Below, in pieces: positions 1 through 5,945 of a stretch of DNA of 6,592 bases. Both the position numbers and the translations under genes were made by a program. The stretch comes from a virus (lineage: Duplodnaviria; Heunggongvirae; Uroviricota; Caudoviricetes). Positions within the stretch are counted from its first letter, which is position 1. Each line of letters opens with the position of its first letter. The notes beneath the pieces were generated by a model. It was not told where the DNA came from and made no database searches. It was given only the letters and a program-made list of their open reading frames with translations. The DNA lies in the IMG/VR virus record IMGVR_UViG_2778261619_000004, positions 1-6,592 of that record. One strand, 5' to 3'.

Positions 1-1283
1 GTTACCTGAACCACAAAACGGCGATGACGTCCCGCCTGCACATCCACTGTCGCCACAAGGAAATTAACGCCATCCGGCACACTGCGGGAAGGAACTGGCT
101 CTGCCCGCTGCTCAAGCAATTCACTTTTTCGTTGCTCCATGCTGGCGCGGGGAAGATAAGGTAATCCCCAGTCGGTATTGATAACCGTCTTGAGTGTCTC
201 TTCACTTCCGGTTGTCTCGTATTCCTGTTCTGCAGTAAGCAGTTTGTAAACGAGTTGCGAGAGTGTCTGATAAGCAGCTGCCGGACCCTCCATCCAGAAT
301 GACGCAATACGTGAACGCCGGGGATCACCATAACGACTGCCATCTGCATTGATGGATTCACCATCCCGTAGCCAGACCCCACGTCCGTTCAGCTCGCGTT
401 TTTGTTCAGGCAAAATCCGTCCTGAACAGGAAGGACACTGAATATAAGCCGCCTCACTTGCCAGCACAGGATCGGCAATATCACGGAAACCAGCAACCAC
501 ATCGCCGCAGGGCTGAAAATACTCACCACAGTGTGGACATGGCCAGTACCAGCGACGGCGATCGCCACGGTTATAGAGCGACAGGATCCCCGTGGTTGGT
601 GGAGCCTCATGCGGTGAAGTCCGTCGCCATTTCACATCCTTCACATCCCTGCCGGGGGAACTCTCCACAAGCGTCATACCACTGGACATAAATGTGGTGG
701 TACGTTTTGAGGCAAGAGAGAAGGCATCCCCCTCGCCATCAATATCTTCCGGAAAACGGTCATAATCCGTCAGCGCCACGCATTTATAATCTGATGAGGA
801 CATGATATTGACTGACGGCCAGCCGATTTTCAGGTAGTTGCCAGCAAGGAATGTTCTGTCATAAACGTTGTTGTCATTTTTGTTCGGACTCAGGCGACTG
901 ACCACTTCCGGGCTGACGCGAAACGTTCTGGCGAGTCGTTTTTTGGAGTGTTCGCGGGCTTTTTCCTCCGTCATCTGAATGATCAGCATATCCGCAGGAT
1001 CGCAAATCACGTTGTAAATCACCCAGCCGTCAATCAGGCCGATAGTCTTGCCGGTTCGTGCCGGGCCAACAAATATCACTGCGTCGTATTCACGCGAGGC
1101 CAGGCAGTTCATCGGCTCAATAACATACGGTGCCACCAGCGGATCCCACGGGACTGAGTTCCCTGCCCCCATGGGCACCCGCATATACTGAGCAACGGCA
1201 TCAGCAACCCGCATTCGTCTCGGTGCGCGAAGGATATAACCTGAATCGGTTCGTGCTGCCTTTGCGGTTTCCTGATTCAGCAT
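1..1283 (-). CDS. Terminase large subunit, lambda gpA family; N-terminal 427 codons, C-terminus lies beyond window start
   Basis: Hand translation of the minus strand from ATG at 1283-1281 is open through position 3 (absent from the ORF track because no stop lies in-window). Begins MLNQETAKAARTDSGYILRAP; has Walker A-like VGPARTGKT and a Cys cluster WPCPHCGEYFQPCGD...IQCPSCSG that parallels lambda gpA (ACPHCGEEQYLKFGD...LCEHNAC, from memory). SD AGGAGGAG lies 5 nt upstream; start overlaps the upstream stop as TAATG. Confidence 0.88.
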   Translation of the reverse strand, partial: MLNQETAKAARTDSGYILRAPRRMRVADAVAQYMRVPMGAGNSVPWDPLVAPYVIEPMNCLASREYDAVIFVGPARTGKTIGLIDGWVIYNVICDPADMLIIQMTEEKAREHSKKRLARTFRVSPEVVSRLSPNKNDNNVYDRTFLAGNYLKIGWPSVNIMSSSDYKCVALTDYDRFPEDIDGEGDAFSLASKRTTTFMSSGMTLVESSPGRDVKDVKWRRTSPHEAPPTTGILSLYNRGDRRRWYWPCPHCGEYFQPCGDVVAGFRDIADPVLASEAAYIQCPSCSGRILPEQKRELNGRGVWLRDGESINADGSRYGDPRRSRIASFWMEGPAAAYQTLSQLVYKLLTAEQEYETTGSEETLKTVINTDWGLPYLPRASMEQRKSELLEQRAEPVPSRSVPDGVNFLVATVDVQAGRHRRFVVQV

Positions 1284-1774
1284 TACTCCTCCTGCTGTAA
1301 TTCCTCCTCATCATCCGCACCTGCTTCGGTCACCCGCAGGGCTATCTGATCGCGCAGATCATCAATAATGGACTGAACACGGCTCACAGCGGCAGGCTGC
1401 AGACCACAGTCACGTTCCAGAATATCCGGTAATGTCTCCAGCACCTGCACGACCGCTTTTGCCCAGATGGCAAACTCCCGTCTGACATCACTGGCCGGAA
1501 TGAGTTGTGCCGTTTCCTGTTCGAACTTAAGACGCTCACGTTCAGACTGATACCAGGCTTTGCGTTCATGTGGATCCATTTCGCCCTCAGCAACCGGCGG
1601 TGGTAACCCCATAAATTCAGTCAGAATATCGGTCAACCGGTATAGCTTGAGTTTGTCATGTCCACCAGCGGGACGAATGTTTTTCAGTCTTGCCACGACA
1701 GTCTGGCGGTGCAGACCAGATAAAGCCGCCAGTTGATTAATATTCAGCACCAGGTTTTTCAATTCATGATCCAT
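1283..1774 (-). CDS. Terminase small subunit, Nu1-like (N-terminal helix-turn-helix DNA-binding domain)
   Basis: 163-aa ORF directly upstream of and overlapping the large terminase, with strong SD GGAGGA. N-terminus LNINQLAALSGLHRQTVVARLKNIRPAGGHDKLKLY follows the lambda Nu1 pattern (HTH, then GGG, then LY; lambda VNKKQLADIFGASIRTIQNW...GGGKGNEVLY). Acidic C-terminal tail. Sits about 175 bp downstream of the predicted cosN, as in lambda. Confidence 0.8.
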   Translation of the reverse strand: MDHELKNLVLNINQLAALSGLHRQTVVARLKNIRPAGGHDKLKLYRLTDILTEFMGLPPPVAEGEMDPHERKAWYQSERERLKFEQETAQLIPASDVRREFAIWAKAVVQVLETLPDILERDCGLQPAAVSRVQSIIDDLRDQIALRVTEAGADDEEELQQEE

Positions 1775-1805
1775 ATTTCCTCCGGAGAGCTTTAAACATG
1801 CATCG

Positions 1806-1866
1806 TGCGAACAACTTTAAGAAAACGCGTTCGATGTCGAACAAAAAACACTCAATTCGACATACA
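1806..1866 (-). promoter_or_regulatory. Putative cosB: small-terminase binding repeats and A-tracts between cosN and the terminase genes
   Basis: Inverted repeat ATGTCGAA (1834-1841) / TTCGACAT (1857-1864); near-palindrome GTTCGA-TG-TCGAAC (1829-1842); CGAACAA at 1808-1814 and 1838-1844; A-tracts at 1843-1849 and 1865-1874. The position matches lambda cosB (R sites plus IHF bend). Confidence 0.35.
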
Positions 1867-1948
1867 AAAAACAAACAACCATTAATAATCAATAAGATGT
1901 AAAGATGATGGTGGCCGATAAAAATGCAAAAACTAGCCTTTTTCCGCG

Positions 1949-1960
1949 ACGCTCCCGCCC
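1949..1960 (-). other. cosN, cohesive-end nicking site of the cos packaging signal; predicted 12-nt end GGGCGGGAGCGT (phage orientation)
   Basis: Reverse complement of 1931-1990 reads CGGGTCCTCCCGGTGGGGTGGCCTGCCACG-GGGCGGGAGCGT-CGCGGAAAAAGG. This is collinear with the lambda cos region as I recall it (ACGGGTCCTTTCCGGTGATCCGACAGGTTACG-GGGCGGCGACCT-CGCGGGTTTTCGC): 16 of 21 matches across the core, plus the conserved CGGGTCCT and CCGGTG blocks on the cosQ side. It lies between the lysis cassette and Nu1-like gene, as expected. Confidence 0.6.
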
Positions 1961-2160
1961 CGTGGCAGGCCACCCCACCGGGAGGACCCGTCAGCCTGGC
2001 AGCCATGAACGAGCGTCTGATACAGAACACAGAAATAAATCAGGCATCCACTGACGTCACACAGACGGTGCATTGCGTCGACAGGAGTAATGGCGTAAGC
2101 TGAACTCTTGGCTCTCTTGTGCCACCGGCGAATCTTCAGCGGATTATCCTTGGCCGGTTT

Positions 2161-2625
2161 TTATCTGAGGCATTGCTCACGAATGTATAGCTGTGCCCCT
2201 TCCAGTTGTTTTTGCATTATTATCAGCCGCTCTCTGAGGGTGAAATAATCCCGTTCAGCGGTGTCTGCCAGTCGGGGGGCGGCTGCATTACCCACGCCGG
2301 TGGCGGCGGTGGCTTCACGTCCGGTCTGACAGACTGCTCTGATGCGCAACCGACGACGACCAGCGGCAATATCATCACGCAGAGCATCATTTTCAGCTTT
2401 TGCATCAGCTAACTCCCTTGAGTATTTTTCATCCAGTGCAGCAACATCACGCTGGCGCTGCTGCATGTCAGTAATGGTGGCGTTCGCCTGGCTGAGTTTT
2501 TCCTTCGCTTTATCGCGCTGGTCTTTGTAGGAGATGGCGTTATCACGGTAATGATTAACAGCCAATGACAGGCAGACGATGATGCAGATAACCAGAGCGG
2601 AGATAATCGCGGTGACTCTGCTCAT
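2161..2625 (-). CDS. Rz: Rz i-spanin (inner-membrane spanin subunit)
   Basis: 154 aa, [34 protein letters not shown]..., near-identical over most of its length to lambda Rz as recalled ([34 protein letters not shown]...). N-terminal TM helix then coiled-coil periplasmic domain. Start overlaps the R stop (ATGA). Confidence 0.93.
   Translation of the reverse strand: MSRVTAIISALVICIIVCLSLAVNHYRDNAISYKDQRDKAKEKLSQANATITDMQQRQRDVAALDEKYSRELADAKAENDALRDDIAAGRRRLRIRAVCQTGREATAATGVGNAAAPRLADTAERDYFTLRERLIIMQKQLEGAQLYIREQCLR
2223..2405 (-). CDS. Rz1: Rz1 o-spanin lipoprotein, embedded out of frame within Rz
   Basis: 60 aa, [24 protein letters not shown]...[28 protein letters not shown], with lipobox LVVVGC and proline-rich mature region. 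Near-identical to lambda Rz1 ([20 protein letters not shown]...[29 protein letters not shown], from memory). Confidence 0.9.
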   Translation of the reverse strand: MQKLKMMLCVMILPLVVVGCASEQSVRPDVKPPPPPAWVMQPPPDWQTPLNGIISPSESG

Positions 2626-3098
2626 ACCTCAATCTCTCTGACCGTTCCGCCTGCTTCTTTGAATTTTGCAATCAGGCTGTCAACTTTATGCTCGAACTGA
2701 CCATAACCAGCGCCCGGTAGTGAAGCCCAGATATTGCTGCAACGGTCAATTGCCTGACGAATATCACCGCGATCAATCATCGGTAAAGCGCCACGCTCTT
2801 TAATCTGCTGCAGTGCAACAGCGTCCTGGCTTTTCGGAGAGAAGTCTTTCAGGCCAAGCTGCTTGCGGTAGGCATCCCACCAACGGGAAAGAAGCTGGTA
2901 ACGTCCAGCTGCGGTTGATTTAAGTTGCGGGTTTAGCGTAACAAGTTTGCGAGGATGATCGGAGTAATCTGTGAACAGCTCACCACCTACAATAACGTCG
3001 TAGCCGTGATTGCGGGTTGGCTGTCGCCCGTTATCCGTTCCTTCTGACCACGCCAACATATCGAGGAAAGCTTTACGCTGGGAATTTAGTACCTGCAT
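2622..3098 (-). CDS. R: Endolysin, lambda R-type lytic transglycosylase
   Basis: 158 aa, [57 protein letters not shown]..., roughly 95% identical by eye to lambda R including the catalytic-Glu motif AWSEGT. SD AAGGAG 6 nt upstream; only 3 nt after the holin stop. Confidence 0.95.
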   Translation of the reverse strand: MQVLNSQRKAFLDMLAWSEGTDNGRQPTRNHGYDVIVGGELFTDYSDHPRKLVTLNPQLKSTAAGRYQLLSRWWDAYRKQLGLKDFSPKSQDAVALQQIKERGALPMIDRGDIRQAIDRCSNIWASLPGAGYGQFEHKVDSLIAKFKEAGGTVREIEV

Positions 3099-3101
3099 AA
3101 A

Positions 3102-3428
3102 TTACTCCTTAGAGCCACCAAACTTATTACCGATTACTCTCATTGCAGCCCCACGAATAGCATCGACACCGATCAGCCCCACCCCACCACCAATGGCAAC
3201 AGAAAGCGATTTAGGCCATCCGACATACTCAAGAGCGGATGCAAAAGTCAGCGTCAGAGCGCCACAGAGTAGAATTTCGAGTGTTTTTCGCTTCCAGCCA
3301 CCACCACCGCCAAAATAGGCAATGCGCAAACCAGCCATAACAATCGACATAATCACTGCGCCCAGCGGTGTGTCTCCACGCCACCAGCTCTGGACCAACT
3401 CCAGCCAAGTATTTGGGTTATGAGGCAT
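3102..3428 (-). CDS. Holin, class I (three TM), distant lambda S relative
   Basis: 108 aa directly upstream of R. Three hydrophobic segments (GAVIMSIVMAGLRIAYF, TLEILLCGALTLTFASAL, SLSVAIGGGVGLIGVDAI) and a charged C-terminal tail. The block LGAVIMSIVMAGLRIAYFGGGGG aligns with lambda S IGAILAFAMAYLRGRYNGG. An in-frame TAA two codons upstream of the ATG rules out a longer N-terminus; no Met-Lys-Met dual-start motif. Confidence 0.8.
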   Translation of the reverse strand: MPHNPNTWLELVQSWWRGDTPLGAVIMSIVMAGLRIAYFGGGGGWKRKTLEILLCGALTLTFASALEYVGWPKSLSVAIGGGVGLIGVDAIRGAAMRVIGNKFGGSKE

Positions 3429-3580
3429 TTGTAGTTATCTCTCACCTCGCCGATACAAGAGGTGCAAATTGAGGGAGTACCACGAACCGCAAATCAGAAG
3501 CGGAAACGTAAAAGAAGCCGAGCCAATGGATAAGAGCTAGATAGACCAAGCCCAACGAATACCAAAGCCCAGAAACGACA

Positions 3581-3602
3581 AAACCCGCTCGACGGCGGGT
3601 TT
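3581..3602. terminator. Candidate intrinsic terminator hairpin (8-bp stem AAACCCGC/GCGGGTTT, 6-nt loop)
   Basis: Arms 3581-3588 and 3595-3602 are perfectly complementary. On the minus strand the stem is followed by UGUCGUUUCU (a tR'-like terminator ahead of the holin); on the plus strand only the UUU of the stem is followed by AAGCUG. The A/U-flanked stem could work in either direction. Confidence 0.4.
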
Positions 3603-3718
3603 AAGCTGTGTGGCGAAGTAACCACTCTTAACAGAGTACTGTATTTTTTGCGTACGCATTAGTATTTTTTGAAGTATTATCAACACCAATTGTTCAAAAC
3701 CATTAAAAGGATGTTGTT

Positions 3719-4753
3719 ATGACTGCATCAGCGACCCCCACTAATATCACTCATAAGTTTATTGTTCACATTATGAACAAGGAACAACAGGGGTTAGCCA
3801 CCATTATTCCTTGTCCTTCAGAAAAACCTGTTCAGCAAGCATCAAAAGACCTCTCTAACGCACTTACTGAAAGGTACTCTGGGAGAGCAGGTAAAGGATA
3901 TGGGAAATTTGAAGATGACCGCGATAGTTACCCTATGGGTAATATCGTTGATGATTATTTCGTAAATAAAACACATAGTTTTTATGATACTAGTATCCGA
4001 ATGATCAATCATTTAAAAGCCAGAGCCGATGATGAATCAATGTCTACTGGTGGTTATGTAATAATTGCCCATAATGAGGTAAATGGAAATCATTATTTGA
4101 TGGTTGCAATCCTAACATCAGCAGTTGGCTCTTCAGTCCACGATTTTGAAATTCAAGAAAGTGAATATCTAGACATTGCTAAACTTCGAGTAGCGGGACG
4201 AATTGACTTAACTGGGCGCCAGAATGGCAAAGAGAGATATATTAGCTTTCTAAAGGGGCAAAATTCAGTAGCAGGTTATTTCAAAAAGTTTTTAGGTTGC
4301 AACGATATTCTAATTGCCAAACAAGAAACAACAAAATTACGGAATGCACTTTTAGAATTTGCTACTGAAAGAGGTTTTGAACCAGAGGCACGTGAAGAGT
4401 TCCTAAATAAGGCTCATGAAAAATTAAAAAATTTAAATCGTTCTGGTGAAACTTTCGACACTCAAATTTTTGCAAACGAGATATGGCCAACTGCTCCTGA
4501 GTTGTTAGTTGAAAAGTTAACCAATGACGATCTGGAGTTCTCTGATGGGTTCGTGCCTGATGGCAACGTTATACGTGGGCTTGTTAGTTTCAAAGGAAAG
4601 TCCAAACATTGGTCTCTGAAATTCGAGCGTGCGGCCTTGCATGATGGCAGCGTTCTTTATGATTCAGAAAACGATAAATTGATACTTACCGAGATTCCGG
4701 ATACGCTAAGATCAGAGATTTTATCAGAATTAGGTGAAGAGGATGAGCAGTAA
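3719..4753 (+). CDS. NdpA/YejK-like nucleoid-associated protein homolog (NA37 family), divergent, prophage-encoded
   Basis: 344-aa ORF with ATG start and AAAAGG SD. Collinear similarity to E. coli YejK recalled from memory: [24 protein letters not shown] vs [41 protein letters not shown] vs [27 protein letters not shown] vs TRYLTFLKGR; KFLGC vs DFLGA; [13 protein letters not shown] vs TIKGTPPNLRDQL. AT-rich codon usage unlike the flanking phage genes. Confidence 0.8.
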   Translation: [344 protein letters not shown]

Positions 4754-5921
4754 CAATCAGAGAACCTTCAAAGACTTAGTGACTATTTACAAGGCCGCTA
4801 CATTTGCAGGTACCCTATCTGAAGCATCACTCATTCTTTCAAACGAGGAGCTCTGTGACATCATCAACGATATCACAGAGAATCCCCATGATTTTGGCAT
4901 CACCCTTGAATCTGGCAACATTGAGTTAGGCCAAACTATAACCTTACATATAACCCCCCCCAAATTACGATTGGGGCAGCTACATTTCTCTTTTAATGAG
5001 TATTTAAAAAATCCTAAAAATAGGATAAAGGAAGCCAGTAACTTCTTTATAATCGAACTTAATTATCACAACAGGGATAAAAAGTCGCCTGCTATTATAT
5101 CCAAGTACAGAGATGTTTTGAGCTTAATTACTTTATTCAAAGATTGTTCTGCTTATTTAGATGAAACAAATTTTGAATTGGTATTCGTCGAATCCAACGT
5201 ACTAAAAATTCCAGTAAATTATTCTAGCGATGATCTTATGAATGTTAATGGAGATCTGATTCATAATTTGATCGCAAACTTTGCAGAAGATACGCATAAA
5301 GATCAAAAACTTACTATTTTAGCAAGTAGTATAAAATCATCATGTGAATCTAAAACTAAAGAAACCTCTTTTTCCTTCATGTTAAGGGATTTAGGACAAC
5401 TTTATGAAAGTTATCAAAAAGGATACAAAGTATTCGTTTCTGGTTTTTCTTACGAGAAAATACTGGATCAGTTACGAGTAGCCAAAATAGAAGAGATGGG
5501 GAAAATACATAAAGTATTCAGTGACATACAAAATCAGATATTAGGTATCCCCGTCGCAACAATTATCGTTGCGACTCAAATGAAGCAGGCTAATGGTTGG
5601 GATAGTCAAGCATTAATAAACACAGCTGTAGTGTTGGGTGCATTGTTCTTCACTATTATGATTCTATTTGTTCTATTTAATCAATGGCAAACTTTAACAG
5701 CAATAAATGATGAGTTAAATCATAAAAAACAACAAGCAGAATATAACTTCAAGGCTATTTACGAAGATATAAAGGATACATTTGATAGTTTAACCACAAG
5801 ATTGCTTGTTCAGAAAATTGTTTTTGCCTCATTAGGAATTATAGTTTTATGTGGCTTATATCTTACATTTAGATTCTACTTTTTACTTACGCCTTATGCT
5901 ATTACATATTTATTTAGCTGA
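4743..5921 (+). CDS. Membrane protein of unknown function: about 265-aa soluble N-terminal domain plus 2-3 C-terminal TM helices; candidate effector partner of the NA37 protein
   Basis: The ORF track gives 4734-5921 from GTG. An ATG at 4743, 5 nt after AGGTGA, is the more likely start; it overlaps the upstream gene stop (TAA 4751-4753) by 11 nt. Hydrophobic segments INTAVVLGALFFTIMILFVLF and IVFASLGIIVLCGLYLTF (plus FYFLLTPYAITYLF) are separated by a charged loop. I recognise no catalytic motif. Very AT-rich. Confidence 0.8.
   Translation: MSSNNQRTFKDLVTIYKAATFAGTLSEASLILSNEELCDIINDITENPHDFGITLESGNIELGQTITLHITPPKLRLGQLHFSFNEYLKNPKNRIKEASNFFIIELNYHNRDKKSPAIISKYRDVLSLITLFKDCSAYLDETNFELVFVESNVLKIPVNYSSDDLMNVNGDLIHNLIANFAEDTHKDQKLTILASSIKSSCESKTKETSFSFMLRDLGQLYESYQKGYKVFVSGFSYEKILDQLRVAKIEEMGKIHKVFSDIQNQILGIPVATIIVATQMKQANGWDSQALINTAVVLGALFFTIMILFVLFNQWQTLTAINDELNHKKQQAEYNFKAIYEDIKDTFDSLTTRLLVQKIVFASLGIIVLCGLYLTFRFYFLLTPYAITYLFS
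4954..4961 (+). repeat. Homopolymeric C8 tract inside the membrane-protein CDS (codons Thr-Pro-Pro)
   Basis: Eight consecutive C at 4954-4961 in an otherwise AT-rich gene. By hand translation, a +1 or -1 slip gives a stop within about 20 codons. Confidence 0.9.
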
Positions 5922-5938
5922 CGGCCAATATGGCCGTC
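5920..5938. terminator. Stem-loop between the convergent stops of the cassette and Q (GACGGCC-AATAT-GGCCGTC); possible terminator or insertion-junction remnant
   Basis: Perfect 7-bp GC-rich inverted repeat with 5-nt loop. It starts inside the cassette stop codon (TGA 5919-5921) and ends 8 nt before the Q stop (5946-5948). Plus-strand tail UAAUAAAUU is only moderately U-rich; minus-strand tail is A-rich. Confidence 0.35.
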
Positions 5939-5945
5939 TAATAAA

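Noticed and set aside
2-382. 126-aa minus-strand ORF from the six-frame track
   Set aside because: It lies wholly inside the large-terminase gene in a different frame. Its translation is Arg/Cys/Trp-rich and unprotein-like, while the hand-translated terminase frame is open through the region and carries gpA-family motifs.
389-610. 73-aa minus-strand ORF
   Set aside because: Alternate frame within the terminase large-subunit coding region; no SD and low-complexity translation.
458-691. 77-aa plus-strand ORF
   Set aside because: Antisense to the terminase large-subunit gene; Arg/His-rich translation typical of a spurious ORF in GC-rich coding DNA.
948-1157. 69-aa plus-strand ORF
   Set aside because: Antisense to the terminase large-subunit gene around the Walker A region; no independent support.
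1384-1593. 69-aa minus-strand ORF
   Set aside because: Alternate frame inside the Nu1-like small-terminase gene.
1764-2030. 88-aa minus-strand ORF spanning the cos region
   Set aside because: It covers the predicted cosQ/cosN/cosB DNA, which is non-coding in lambda-type phages. Translation is Cys/Phe-rich with no RBS; the sequence is better explained as the packaging site.
2052-2059. Perfect palindrome TGACGTCA on the cosQ side of cosN
   Set aside because: It is a short 8-bp palindrome that could occur by chance; I cannot tie it to a specific lambda cosQ element from memory, so it is noted only as part of the cos region.
2206-2412. 68-aa plus-strand ORF
   Set aside because: Antisense to Rz/Rz1; the Gly-rich translation reflects the complement of the proline codons of Rz1.
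2342-2530. 62-aa plus-strand ORF
   Set aside because: Antisense to Rz; no start context.
3010-3318. 102-aa plus-strand ORF
   Set aside because: Antisense across the holin/endolysin junction; the Pro-rich translation is the complement of the Gly codons in the holin.
3429-5945. Possibility that the AT-rich island is an insertion sequence or transposon
   Set aside because: No transposase-like ORF, no terminal inverted repeats and no flanking direct repeats were seen by eye; both ORFs have non-transposase features (NA37-like, membrane protein). It is better treated as a moron/cargo cassette.
3429-5945. Stx toxin genes or a tRNA cluster at the Q-S position, as in Stx phages
   Set aside because: Neither ORF resembles StxA/StxB (no A-subunit N-glycosidase motifs, no small B-subunit ORF) and no tRNA-like cloverleaf was apparent by eye. 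A tRNA scan was not run, so small RNAs cannot be fully excluded.
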